Below are positions 9,900-22,400 of a DNA stretch of 64,000 nt, in pieces. Positions within the stretch are counted from its first letter, which is position 1. Each line of letters begins with the position of its first letter. The stretch comes from the human T2T-CHM13v2.0 reference genome, Homo sapiens. The stretch is taken from assembly GCF_009914755.1 (NCBI RefSeq), contig NC_060925.1. One strand, 5' to 3'. The notes below the pieces were generated by a model. The model saw only the letters and a program-made list of their open reading frames with translations, did no database searches and was not told where the DNA came from. A program made the translations under genes and the position numbers.

Positions 9900-12800
9900 A
9901 TAGAAAGATCATTACCAACCACTACAAAAACACACTTAAGTACACAGACCAATGACACTATAAAGCAACCACACAAACAATAACCAACAATAACCAAAAT
10001 ATGGTTACAATAATATGCAGCTAACAAAATATGTTAGCTGCATAATAACCAGCTAATGCAAAACAATGGGATGAAATCCACCCATATCAATACTAACCTT
10101 GAATGTAAATGGGCTAAATGCCCCATTTAAAAGGCACAGAGTTGCAAGCTGGATAAAGAAGCAAGACCCAATGGTATGCTGCCTGCAAGAAACCCATCTT
10201 GCATGCAATGACACACATCAGCTCAAAATAAAGCGGTGGAGAAAAATCTACCAAGCAAATGGAAAACAGAAAAAAGCAAGGGTTGCAATCTTAACGTCAG
10301 ACAAAACAGACTTTACACCAAAAAAGGTTAAAAAATACAATGCATTACATAATGGTAAAGGATTCAATTCAACAAGAAGACCTGACTATCCTAAGTATAT
10401 ATGCACCCAACACAGGAGCACCTAGATTCATAAAGCAAGTTCTTAGAGACCTTCAAAAAGACTTAGACTACCACACAATAATAGAGGGAGACTTCAATGC
10501 CCTACAGAGAGTATTAGACAGACTATCAAAACAGAAAATTAACAAAGATATTCAAGACCTAAATTCAGCACTGTATCAAATGGACCTGGTAGACACCTAG
10601 AGAATTCTTCACCCAAAAACAACAGAATATACATTCTTCTCATTGATGCATGGCACATACTCAAAAATCAACAACATAATCAGACATAAAACACTCCTCA
10701 GCAAATGCAAAAGAACTGAAATCATAACAGCCACTCTGTTGGACCACAGTGCAATAAAATTAGAAAACAAGACTAAGAAATTTACTCAAAATCATATGAT
10801 TACATAGAAATTGAATAGCTTGCTCCTGATTGACTTCTGAGCAAATAATGCAATTTAGGCAGAAATCAAGAAGTTCTTTGAAACTAATGAGAACAAAGAT
10901 ACAAATACCAGAATCCCTGGGATGCAGCCAAGGCAGTGTTAAGAGGAAAATTTATAGCACTAAATGTCCACATCAAAAAGTTAGAAAGATCTCAAGTTAA
11001 CAACCTAACATCACAACTAAAAGGACTAGAAAAACAAGAGTAAATGAACCTTAAATCTAGCAGAAGACAAGAAATAACCAAAATTAGAGCTGAACTAAAG
11101 GAGATTGAGACACCAAAAAAACCATTCAAAAGATCAACAAATACAAGAGTTGTGGGGTTTTTTTTGAAAAAAATTAATAAAATAAGCCACTAGCTAGACT
11201 AATAAATAAGAAAAGACAGAAGATCCAAGTGAAAACAATTAGAAATGACAATGGGATATTACCACCGACTCCACAGAAATACAAATAATTGGCCGGGTGC
11301 GGTGGCTCATGCCTGTAATCCCGACACTTTGGGAGGCTGAGGTGGGTGCATCGCCTGAGGTCAGGAGTTCGAGACTAGCCTGGCTAACATGGTGAAAACA
11401 TGTCTTTACTAAAAATACAAAAATTAGCAGGTTGTGGTGGTGGGCGCTTGTAATCCCAGCTACTCAGGAGGCTGAACCAGGAGAATCACTTGAACCCAGG
11501 AGGTGGAGGCTGCAGTGAGCCAGATCATGCCACTGCATTCCAGCCTGGGTGACTGAGTGAGACTTGGTTTCAAAAAAGAAAAAAAAAAAAGGAAAAAAGA
11601 AATACAAATAATAATCAGAGAATACTACGAACACTTTATGCTCACAAAATAGAAAATCTGGAAGAAATGGTTAAATTCCTGGATACACATACCATCCCAA
11701 AACTGAGCCAGAAAGAAATTGAATCCCTGAACAGACCAATAATGAGCTCCAAAATTGAATCAGTAATATATAGCCTATCAACCAATACAAGCCCAGGACC
11801 AGATGGATTCACTGCCAAATTCTACCAGATGTACAAAGAACTGGTACCATTCCTACTGAAACTGTTTCAAAAAATTAAAGAGAAGGGATTCCTCCCCAGT
11901 TCATTCTACAAAGCCAGCATCATCCTGACACCAAAACTTGGCAAAGACATAACTAAAAAAGAAAACTTCATTCCAATATCCTTGATGAATATCAATGCAA
12001 AAATCCTCAACAAAATACTGGCAAACCAAATCCAGCAGCACATCAAAAAACATGTCCACCATGATGAAGAAGACTTCATCGCTGGGATGCAAGGTTGGTT
12101 CCACATATGCAAATCAATAAACATGATTCCTCAAATAAACAGAACTAAAGGCAAAAATGACATGATCATCTCAATAGATACAGAAAAGGCTTTTGATAAA
12201 ATTCAACTTCGTTTTATGTTAAAAACTCTCAATAAACTAGATACTGAAGGAACATACCTCAAAATAATAAGAGCCATCTATGACAAACTCACAGCCAACA
12301 TCATACTGAGTGGGTAAAAGCTGGAAGCATTCCCCTGGAGAGCCAGCACAAAACAAGGATGCCCCCTCTCATATTCAACATGATATTGGAAGTCCTAGCC
12401 AGAGCAATCAAGCAAGACAAAGAAATAAAGGGCATCCAAATAGGAAGAGAGGGAGTCAAACTATCTGTTTTCAGACTACATGATTCTGTATCTAGAAAAC
12501 CCGAATCTCAACCCAAAAGCTCCTTAAGCTGATAAACAACTTTAGTAAAGGCTCAGGATACAAAATCAATGTACAAAAGTCACCAGCATTCCTATGCACC
12601 AACAACCATCAAGCCAAGAGCCAACTCAAGAATGCAATCCCATTCACAACTGCCACAGAAAGAATAAAATGCCTAGGAATACAGCTAACCAGAGAGGTGA
12701 AGGATCTCTACAATGAGAACTACAAAACACTGCTCAAAGAAATCAGAGATGACACAAGCCAATGGAAAAACATTCCATGCTCATGAATAAAAAGAATCAA

Positions 12801-14452
12801 TATCATTAAAATGGCCATACTGGCCAAAACAATTTATAGATTCAATGCTATTCCTATCAAACTACCAATAACATCCTTCACTGAACTAGAAAAAAAAACT
12901 ATTTTAAAATTAATATGGAACCAAAAAAGAGCTCAAATAGCCAAGGCAATCCTAAGCAAAAAGAATAAAGCTGGAGGCATCATGCTACCCAACTTCAAAC
13001 TATACTACAGGGCTACAGTAACCAAAACAGCATGATACTGGTTTTATAAAAAGAAAAAACAGACACATAGACCAATGGAACAGGATAGAGAGTCCAGAAA
13101 TAAGTCCACACACCTACAAATCTGTTTTTTGACAAAGTTGACAAAAACAAGCAATGGAGAAATGACTCTCTATTCAATAAATGGTGCTGGGGTAACTGGC
13201 AACTGTATGCAGAAGATTGAAATTGGACCCCTTCCTTACACCATATACAAAAATCTACTCAACATGGATCAAAGACTTAAATATAAAACCCAAAAACAAT
13301 AAAAGCCCTGGAAGACAACCTAGGCAATACCATTCTGGACACAGGAATGGGCAAAGATTTCATAACAAAGATGCCAAAAGCAATTGCAACAAAGGAAAAA
13401 TTGACAAATTGTATCTAATTAAACTAAAGAGCTTCTGCACAGCAAAAGAAACTATCAACAGAGTAAACAGACAACCTACAGAATGAAAGAAAATTTTTTC
13501 AAACTATACATCTAACAAAGGTCTAATATCCAGCATCTATAAGAAACTTAAACAACTCTACAAGAAAAACAAAACAAAACAAAACAAAACAAAACATAAA
13601 AATGTGGTCAAGGACATGAACAGACACTTTTCAAAAGAAGACATACATGTGGCCAACCAGCATATGAAAGAAAGTGCAAGATCACTGATCATTAAATAAA
13701 TGCAAATCAAAATCACAATAAGATACCAACTCACACCAGTCAAAATGGCTATTATTAAAAAGTCAAAAAATAACAGGTGCCTGCAAGGTTGTGGGAGAAA
13801 AAAGAATGCTTATACTCTGTTGGTGCAAGTGTAAATTAGGACAACCATTATGGAAAAGAGTATGGCAATTCCTCAAAGACCTAAAAACAGAAATGTCATT
13901 TGACCTAGCAATTCCATTGCTAAGTATATACCCAAAGGGATATAAATTTTCCTGTCATAAAGACCCATACACAAGTATGTTCAATGCAGCACTATTCACA
14001 ATAGTAAAGACATGGAATCAACCTAAACACCCATCAATGGTAGATTGGATTTAAAAAAAATGTGATACGTATACACCATGGAATACTATGCAGCCTTAAA
14101 AAAAGAATGAGATCATGTCCTTTTCAGGAACATTAATGGAGCTGGAGGTCATTATCCTTATCAGACTTACACAGGAACAGAAACCAAATACTGCATGTTC
14201 TCACTTACAAGTGGGAGCTAAATGATGAGAACACATGGACTCATAGAGGGGAACAACACACACTGAGGCCCACTACTGGGGGGTGGAGGGTGGAAGGAGG
14301 GAGAGGATCATGAAAAATAATTAATGCATACTAGACTTAATACCTGAGTGGCAAAATAATCTGTACAACAAACCCCTGTTATGTGAATTTTCCATACACC
14401 ACAAACCTGCACATGTACCCCTGAGCTTAAAATAAAAGTTAAAAAAATTAAA
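9900..14452 (+). mobile_element. 5'-truncated older primate L1 (L1PA13-16/L1PB-like) with disrupted ORF2 (EN, RT, C-terminal) and 3' UTR
   Basis: ORF fragments NVNGLNAP..CCLQETH (endonuclease), [18 protein letters not shown] (RT), [11 protein letters not shown]; multiple stops and frameshifts; 3' UTR and A tail. Confidence 0.95.
11291..11597 (+). mobile_element. AluS inserted into L1 ORF2
   Basis: Full dimeric Alu; 15-bp TSD agaaatacaaataat at 11275-11289 and 11598-11612. Confidence 0.95.
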
Positions 14453-14514
14453 AGGAGAATCTTCAACATGGAGTAAAAAGATTGTAATTTTTGTAATTTG
14501 CAATTCAAATGAAA

Positions 14515-14960
14515 CCAACATGTACTGGGTGCCTACTTTATGCCAGGAATGGTGCTAAGAGTTTTCATTTAGAGTATTTTATGCCATCTGCAGAATAACA
14601 CTGTGTCAGTCTTATTATTACCCAGAAGAAGTCTGGTGAAGTCCAGTAATACATCAAAAGTCATGCACAGAACAAGTCAGTGAACTGGAATTTTCTCCCC
14701 CAGATCTTCTACCGTGAGTCCAGAGCTTCTCTACAATGTTATACTGAAGAGGAATATGGAATAAACAAGAGTATATTAACTATGAAGTAAGGTAGTTCTG
14801 GATCCAAATCTGGGTTTGAAACTCACTAACCACAAGACCATGGGTTAGCAACTTAACCTCTCTATTTTCCTGTGTCCTCTTTATAAAACAGGGAAAATAC
14901 AACCTATCTTAAAGAGTTGTTCTAAGGATTATATTACTTTAATTATGTGACTTAAGGCAA
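14515..14960. mobile_element. Two MIR fragments in opposite orientation
   Basis: tactttatgccagg..gctaag (minus, ~14520-14700) and acttaacctctct..tttataaaacaggg (plus, ~14760-14960). Confidence 0.55.
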
Positions 14961-15215
14961 CTAATATAGCAAAATATCTGGCAGGTAAATTTTGGGCCAT
15001 TTTGTTAATTACACTTAAAAACTCTAGCACTGAAAACAGTATTTAGCATTTAGTATGTGCTCAATAAATCTTTGTGAAACAAATGAAAATAAAATCATCT
15101 AGCATACAGTAAGAGCTCAATAAATGACAACTATTGTTATATAAAGGGTGGAGAAAATTTGCTTTGATGTCCTCCTGTTTGCAGAAATATCTTCTCCTGA
15201 CAATAAATAACTTAA

Positions 15216-15526
<311 letters not shown>

Positions 15527-16269
15527 AACTTAAAAGTTTTAAAATTAATTCTTTTCTAACAGACAGTCTTAAAATGGGGAAAAAAATATCCTATTCTCAA
15601 CATTTACCAAAAAGTGGAAGCAGGACATAAGACTGTGTCTGAGTTGACAGTGAGGTGGTGAAATTGAAACTATTTTGCTAGTAATATGGTTATTCCAGAT
15701 AGCATTTGGAAAGGTCCTAACAAACAAGAAATTTATAGCAAAATAAAGGATGATTTCTAGACACTGGAAAAAGCAATTGGAACAAAGGGGCTTAAGTAAT
15801 CAACTCACAAAATCATTTAACAGAAGGGTAGTGGTGCAATATTGACCAACACACTCACCATTCATTCAGTCATTCATTCATCTACAATGCTAATTAATCT
15901 AGACCAACCCTACTTTACATGACACTGTTAGAACCTGAAAATGCAATATGAAAAGCACGGCTCTCTTATTGAATTATCCAGTAATCCAATAAGAGAGACA
16001 AGGAGCCAACAACACCTCAGCCAGCTGGAAAAATGCAGGAAAGATACCCCAGAGAAAGCAATGTACACACTAAATTTTGAAAGATAAATAACTTTTCAAG
16101 GGAACAAACTAGGAGTTTGCAAACTGGCAAAGAAATACATTATAAGAGAAGTCAGCCTGTGCATACAACTACAAATAAGTCCAAAAGCTGAAAGCTAACA
16201 TTGGAGGAGCTACTGGACAGAGATGAGTTTAACCAGTTATACAAGGTCTACACATAAACAGATGAGCGT

Positions 16270-17486
16270 ATGGATATGGCTCATCTATATTAAGGAGGTA
16301 GTCTGCTGTACTCAGTCTACCAACTACCAACCTAAATGTTAATCTCATTCAGAAACACCCTCAGAGACACACCCAGAACAACGTTAGATTAAATGTGTGA
16401 TCACCCTGTGGTCCCGTTAAGTTAACACATAAGAGACAGACCAATGTGGATTGGAATAGTGAACTTAACCCACACCTTAAATAGTGGGCAGTATTAGGAT
16501 AGGAGTGGAGGTGCTTAGAGAGAACAGAAGGGATTGAGTCAAGGTAGAAGAGATCAACAACAGCAGCAAAACTCTAGAGGCTTAAGCAGAAGGTTTAAGA
16601 TGAGCAGTGTTGACACACAGCAATTGGTAGGGTGATATCATCCATTTGAAAGTGAAATTTTAGAGTGATGGGCTGTGTGCCATGCTCTATAGATTTTGCT
16701 CTATATAGATGTGGGATACTTGACAAGGATTATTGTGATAACTAATTCAGGTTAAAGTTTTAGCACTACCCGAGTACACAGTAAGAAATACATAAATGAT
16801 TTTGATTGGGATTTTTGGCCCCTTTCTTTTCTTCATCTCCTTTATTCCATCAGCTACCTAGCAACAGTCATTTTTCTTGGATTTTTCCTCTTTCTTAACC
16901 ACTTTCTTTCCTTCTAAGATATCATGTCTTGTCTGAATCACTGTTAATATTGTCTTTAACCAGTTTCCATTTCTCAATCCGCTCAAATTCATACTACCAC
17001 CAGATTGATCTTCAAAATCATCACTCATTTTGAGTCATTTTTAAAACTCCTAACATTAAATCCCATTGCTTTTCACATCATTACATCGCATTTCAGCTCA
17101 CTACTCTAAAATTTCACTCTCTAATGGGTGATACTACCCTATCTCATGCTGTGTGCCAACACTGCTCATCTCAAACCCTCTGCTTTAGCCTCTAGAGTTT
17201 TGCTGCTGTTGTTGATCTCTTCTACCTTGACTCAATTCCTCCTCTTCTCTCTAAGTACCTCCACTCCTATTCTAATATTGCCTACTCTTTAAGGCTAAGG
17301 TCAGGTTCACTATTCCAATCCACATTGGTCTGCCTCTTATGTGTTAACTTGACTGGACCACATGGTGCCCACACATTTGATCTAACATTATTCTGGGTGT
17401 GTCTCTGAGGGGGATGAGATTAACATTTGGATTGGTAGACTGAGTACAGCAGATTGCCTTCCTAATTACTGATGAGCCTTATCCAT
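16270..17486. repeat. ~400-bp inverted duplication (arms 16270-16675 and 17094-17486, spacer ~420 bp)
   Basis: The reverse complement of the left arm aligns continuously to the right arm, e.g. gagtcaaggtagaagagatcaacaacagcagcaaaactctagagg vs cctctagagttttgctgctgttgttgatctcttctaccttgactc. Confidence 0.9.
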
Positions 17487-17974
17487 TCAATTGAAGGCCC
17501 TAATAGAAGAAAAAGGTGAATAAGAAAGAATTCCTCCTGCCTGACTTGCTTGAGTTACAAATTCGCCTTTTCTGGCTTGCAGAGTTAGAAACATTGGCTC
17601 TTCTTGGATCTCGAGTCTGCCAGCTTTCAGCTCTCCTGGTAATTCAGACTCTGACTGAAACTTTTACCATTGGCTCTCCTCCTGCATGCCCAGCTTGCCA
17701 ACTGCAGATCTTTTTGGTTGTTGTTATAGACAACAGACTGGTCTTGAATGCCTGAGCTCAAGCGATCCTCTTGCCTCAGCCTCCTGAGTAGGTGTGTATC
17801 ACTGCCCCTAGCCCTAAACTATAGCTCTTAAAGACTTCATAGCCTCCATAATCATGTGAGCCAATTCCTTATTATAAATGTGTATGTATATATACTTATA
17901 TATGTATACACACTCATGCGTGCACACACACACATTCTGTTGGTTCTGCTTCCCTTGGAAAACCCTAATATACA
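17335..17974 (+). mobile_element. MLT2-type ERVL LTR (contains a FLAM/Alu-monomer fragment ~17710-17813)
   Basis: ttatgtgttaacttgactgg..ttctgggtgtgtctctgagg..catgtgagccaattcc..tctgttggttctg..ccctaatataca. Confidence 0.8.
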
Positions 17975-18436
17975 TACCTTAATTAACGTTTAGCAAAATA
18001 TATGTACTACTTCTCCAATAAGGTTATAAGCCCTTTGAGGCTGGAACCATTCTTATACTTCTTAGGATATTAATTAGCTCAGTGTTATTCATACATTTGG
18101 CACCAAAAAAAAAAAAACCAAATACATTGATTTACAATGAGAATTTCAACAGCTGATATGTCAAAATAAAAGGGATTAAAAAGCTTTTAGATGGGAAAAA
18201 GCAAAGGCTAATTTTAGATAAAGTTGGCAGTTGATATTAGAATCCTATAAAGAGGGGTTAAAAATATTCTAATTTGGCTTCCGACCCAGTCGACCATAAG
18301 AAGTGCTATCCTAGTAAAATGCTTCTAAGACTATAATAACATTTCCTGTTTGAAATGGGTAAGAAGGAAATGTGCCTGGGAAAATTTTGACCCTTTTACT
18401 TTCTATTATACCTAGAATAAGTACATCAAGCAGTTA

Positions 18437-18584
18437 CAGACATATCTCAAAGATATTGCAGGTTCAGTTCTACATCACCATAATAAAGTGAACACTGGGT
18501 AATAAAGTGAGTCACACAATTTTTTTTGGTTTCCCAGTGCATATAAAATGATGTTTACACATACTGTATTCTCTTTAAGTGTGA
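18437..18584 (-). mobile_element. Tigger1 terminal fragment
   Basis: TA|cagacatatctcaaagatattgcaggttcagttc..tttggtttcccagtgcatataaaa matches the Tigger1 end. Confidence 0.75.
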
Positions 18585-18642
18585 ATTTTTACTGGGCTAA
18601 TCTTATAATTATGACATCATTATATTCAAAGTTGCTAATTTA

Positions 18643-18820
18643 AAAAAAAAAAAGAAAGGAAGGAAAAGAAAAGAAAGGAGAGGAGAGAGGAGGGGAGGGG
18701 AGGGGAAGGGAAAGGGTTTAAGGAAAGGAAGAAGGAAGGAAGGAAACAAAGGAAAGAAGGAAGGAAACAAAACAAAAAAACAACGAACAAACACAAAACA
18801 ACTACAACAACAACAAAAAC
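18643..18820 (+). repeat. Purine-rich low-complexity tract (A)n/(GGAA)n/(CAA)n
   Basis: Directly visible. Confidence 0.9.
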
Positions 18821-18834
18821 AGATGGTATACTAT

Positions 18835-19107
18835 GTCTTACTCTGCTGCCCAGGCTGGAGTGCAGTCATGCAATCTCAGCTCACTGCAACCTCTGCCACC
18901 TGGGTTCGAGAGTCTCCTGTCTCAGCCTCCTGAGTAGCTGGGATTACAGGCACCCACCATCATACCCAGCTATTTTTTTTTATTTTTAGTAGAGTAGAGG
19001 TTTCACCATGTTGGCCAGGCTGGTCTTGAACTCCTGACCTCAGGTGATCTGCAAGCCTCAGCCTCCCAAAGTGCTGAGATTACAGGTGTGAGCCACCATG
19101 CCTGGCC
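18835..19107 (-). mobile_element. AluS lacking a recognisable A tail
   Basis: Alu body from gtcttactctg to cctggcc. Confidence 0.9.
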
Positions 19108-19109
19108 TG

Positions 19110-19420
19110 GTACAGCAATGTTAAAAAGTCATTATCCAACAGCTAAATGTAAGGTGTCTTAGACTTGATGCTGGACCTGAAAATGGACATTAGTGAGACA
19201 AGCAGCAAATTTAATTGAGATCTGAAGATGAGTCATAGAATTAAATCAATGTGAATTCCCTGATTTTGATAATTGTACTAGGCTTAAGTAAGATGTTAAC
19301 ATCTGGAAAAGCTAGGTAAAGGGTATATGAGAATTCTTTGTACCATTTTTGCAACAGTTGTATAAGTCTAAAATTATTTCAAACTTCAAAATGAAAAGCT
19401 AAAATTTAAAAAAAATTAAA
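19110..19420 (+). mobile_element. L1ME/L1MC 3' end fragment
   Basis: ggacattagtg..aatcaatgtgaattccctgattttgataattgtact..tctttgtaccatttttgcaac..gtctaaaattatttc. Confidence 0.7.
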
Positions 19421-22400
19421 TCACAGACAAAGCCATAGATATTTTAAGTGATCACATTAGACATTGCATAATTTAGACCACTCAATCCAGAACTGCTCAC
19501 CTCAGGGAGGTTAACCACAGCTGAATAAATTCATTAATGTTTTTTCCCTTAATCTGCCACATCCTACTTCCTGAGTCTGAAGTATTTGAGTTGAGTTCAC
19601 TTCCAATCCCATAAAAAGGGAAGAGGAAACATGTTTAAAGTGGGAAGCAATTGTACTCTAACTGGCTGCTGGGGGTGTGCTACCTCCAGGAAACAGAAAG
19701 CCCCACCCCTTTCTGTTTGCACATCCTAAGCACTTGCAAATTAAAAGCCACGGCAGTGTGAAAATTCCTGAGGAATTTCAAAACGTCATTATTGATAGGA
19801 AACCAAATAGAGTCATATCAGAAACACATAAGTAATTTCTTTTCCTATTGCCCTTCTTTGGTATCAACACCTTTTAGCCATGCTATTTCTGGCTAGAAAA
19901 TTTATAGCCAAAACCAGGATGTTCATCTTCTCTTGGTTTCAGGTAACACAATCAGACTCCCAAAATATCATGTCATGCTGTCCATTATGTTCTATAAACC
20001 AACAATCAAACAGTTGGAATTTTTGTCCATCATTTTGTAGCATACAAAGTTTTCACAAGTTTTTTTTTGCATGTTGTTGAGGGAATTAAATCAATGGTGG
20101 CACTAGAGAACTTCTCAAGCCTCTCCCCATCCCCTGCTCCCCCTCCTCTGTTTTAGAAGGCAGTAGATGTTGTTTTATGGCATCTGCACTATCGACATTA
20201 CAGCTCATCAACCCTCTGTCTGATCCTAACATTAGCCAGAAACACTTGGGTAGTACTATATGTTTTAAAGAACAACATGACATGATTTGTTAACTAGATC
20301 AAGAAATACAACCTCTTAAACTGTGGGTTCATACTTGTGCTATTTTGACACAACCAATGCTACAAATTTCTATTCTGTGACAGAGTGCACTAGCTAATGG
20401 TCAATCTTAGAAAAATAAAGCATCAAGGAGAGTCTTCTAAGTGAAACCTTAGCAAAGGTTAATTATCTTTACAGTCATCTGTCCTATCATGATTTAAATG
20501 TGCTGGGTAGAGCTGGGGAAGATTACGTTTTGAGAAAATAAAGTAAAAGACTCAAAGGTGCATTTTGAAAGATGGCAAAATGCTAAGGGTGTTACAAAAT
20601 GCTTCATGATTCTCACCTAGGTGTGGATATTGAGTAAGGTCAAGAGCTGTAAAACCTTTGCACACAGCTTTGTCTGTACTCAGATGAAGATAGTTACAAC
20701 AGCTCCAAGCAAATCATAAAATAAGGGAATCGGTCTTTGATGGCCTTGTCTTATTCCTGCTCCACGCTTCCCAGAATGGTACCTTCTCCTCTCACTGCAG
20801 AAGAGCTGTGCCTCTCTGTTCCCAGAGCCTTGCCCCTATCAAAACTAGGACAAATCTGATACCTGTATTTACTTTCCCACACGTATCCCTTTATACTAAG
20901 ATGTTAAACTCTTCTAGATGTGTTAAGACTTTTAATTCTGTGAAATAAAAAGCTTTGCTTTCTTTTAAAACGGTGCCAGTATTTAGAGAGGAAAAACAAA
21001 CCATAGTTCTGCTGAGAAATCAAGCATTCCTTTCTGACTTCAGAAAGCAAAGTAGACAAGCATTGCTTCTTTTAGGGAACTAGAGGAGCAAAATCATAAA
21101 GAGAGGCTCCCTAAATCCTTTTATGAAGCAAATCTTAACCCCTCCCTTTCCCCGTTATTCCCCAGTTTGCTTCTTCATGCTAACTCGCCGCTCCAGGGGC
21201 CATCCGGACAAGGGTCTTGCTTCTCCTACAGCAGAGTCTGCATTGTAACTCTCAGCTTCACCTTCATATTTTATCACGCAGCTTTCCTTCTCTTTCGAAT
21301 GCCCTAGAGCTCAATGAATCCGTAGATCAAGGTAGGGAAAAAAGAAAGAGAAAACCTGGGATCTGCTCAAAAACTTCTCATTTGTGGGCAGAGGCTCCTA
21401 GGAGAAGATTTGTAAGATGGAGACAGACAAGTTCACACCTCAGATCATAAAAAGGTATTTGAGGTCAAAGTAGCCCCTGTTGTGGAAGAGTAATATAAAA
21501 ATTTTACCCAAAAAAGTACACACAAAATATACCTGAGTGGCAGTCATGGTGGAAGTGAGGATGAAATAGAACAGGTTATTTGGAAAATGTTGTTGGATTA
21601 TGAAGAAAAATCTACATAGTGACAATGTGACTGTGTAAAATTTTCACAATTTCGTTTTTTTATTTTGAAAAAATTGTAGAAATTATCTAATTCAGCTTCC
21701 CACACAAAGTGGGGTGGGGAATCTTATATTCTAATTAAAAACATTTACTTCAGAACTTGGGTAATGTTACATCATATAAAGAACAACAAGAGGTGGTTTG
21801 TTGGAGGAGAGGAGGTGTAAGCCTTTTAGCAGCTGTGCATTCTCAGGCAAAAATTTATCTTCTCTGGGACTCCAAGAAAATGAGAGCTATTTGAACCCAG
21901 TTAGCCTCTAAGATTCTGTGGTGATTCCCACCACATAGTGTTTAATTTACACTAATTTATAAGTTATTACAATGGCATTTATAAATTTCATTAAGTATAT
22001 GTTAAACAATGTACATTTTAGTTCTATATAAAAACACCTTCATGGTTTAAAGTTCATTACTTTGAGTATCATTGTATACTTATACTGCAAAATCCACAAT
22101 CAAAACAAAAATAATCTATATTGTAATGCTGTCTTATTGACACATTAATGACGTTGTGTCCATGACAATAAATGATTACGTTCACATTTCCGAGAGACTC
22201 TTGGAGACCCCCTCTGTGAGTTTGTGAATTTTCACCCAGCATTGTGATACCACCGATGAGGAGTCTCTCCTATTCTGTCTCCCCTCTGCCCTTTATCAAA
22301 GGGGCCACAGATCAACCAAAAAGAAAAAAAAGAAAAAAGCCACACTTAGCTACAGAATGTCTCCTTTATTGAATATGTATCCTTTGTTGAACAATGAAAA

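Noticed and set aside
10099-14054. L1 ORF2 fragments as a functional RT/endonuclease (also 30256-31200)
   Set aside because: 5'-truncated, frameshifted and stop-interrupted; not retrotransposition-competent.
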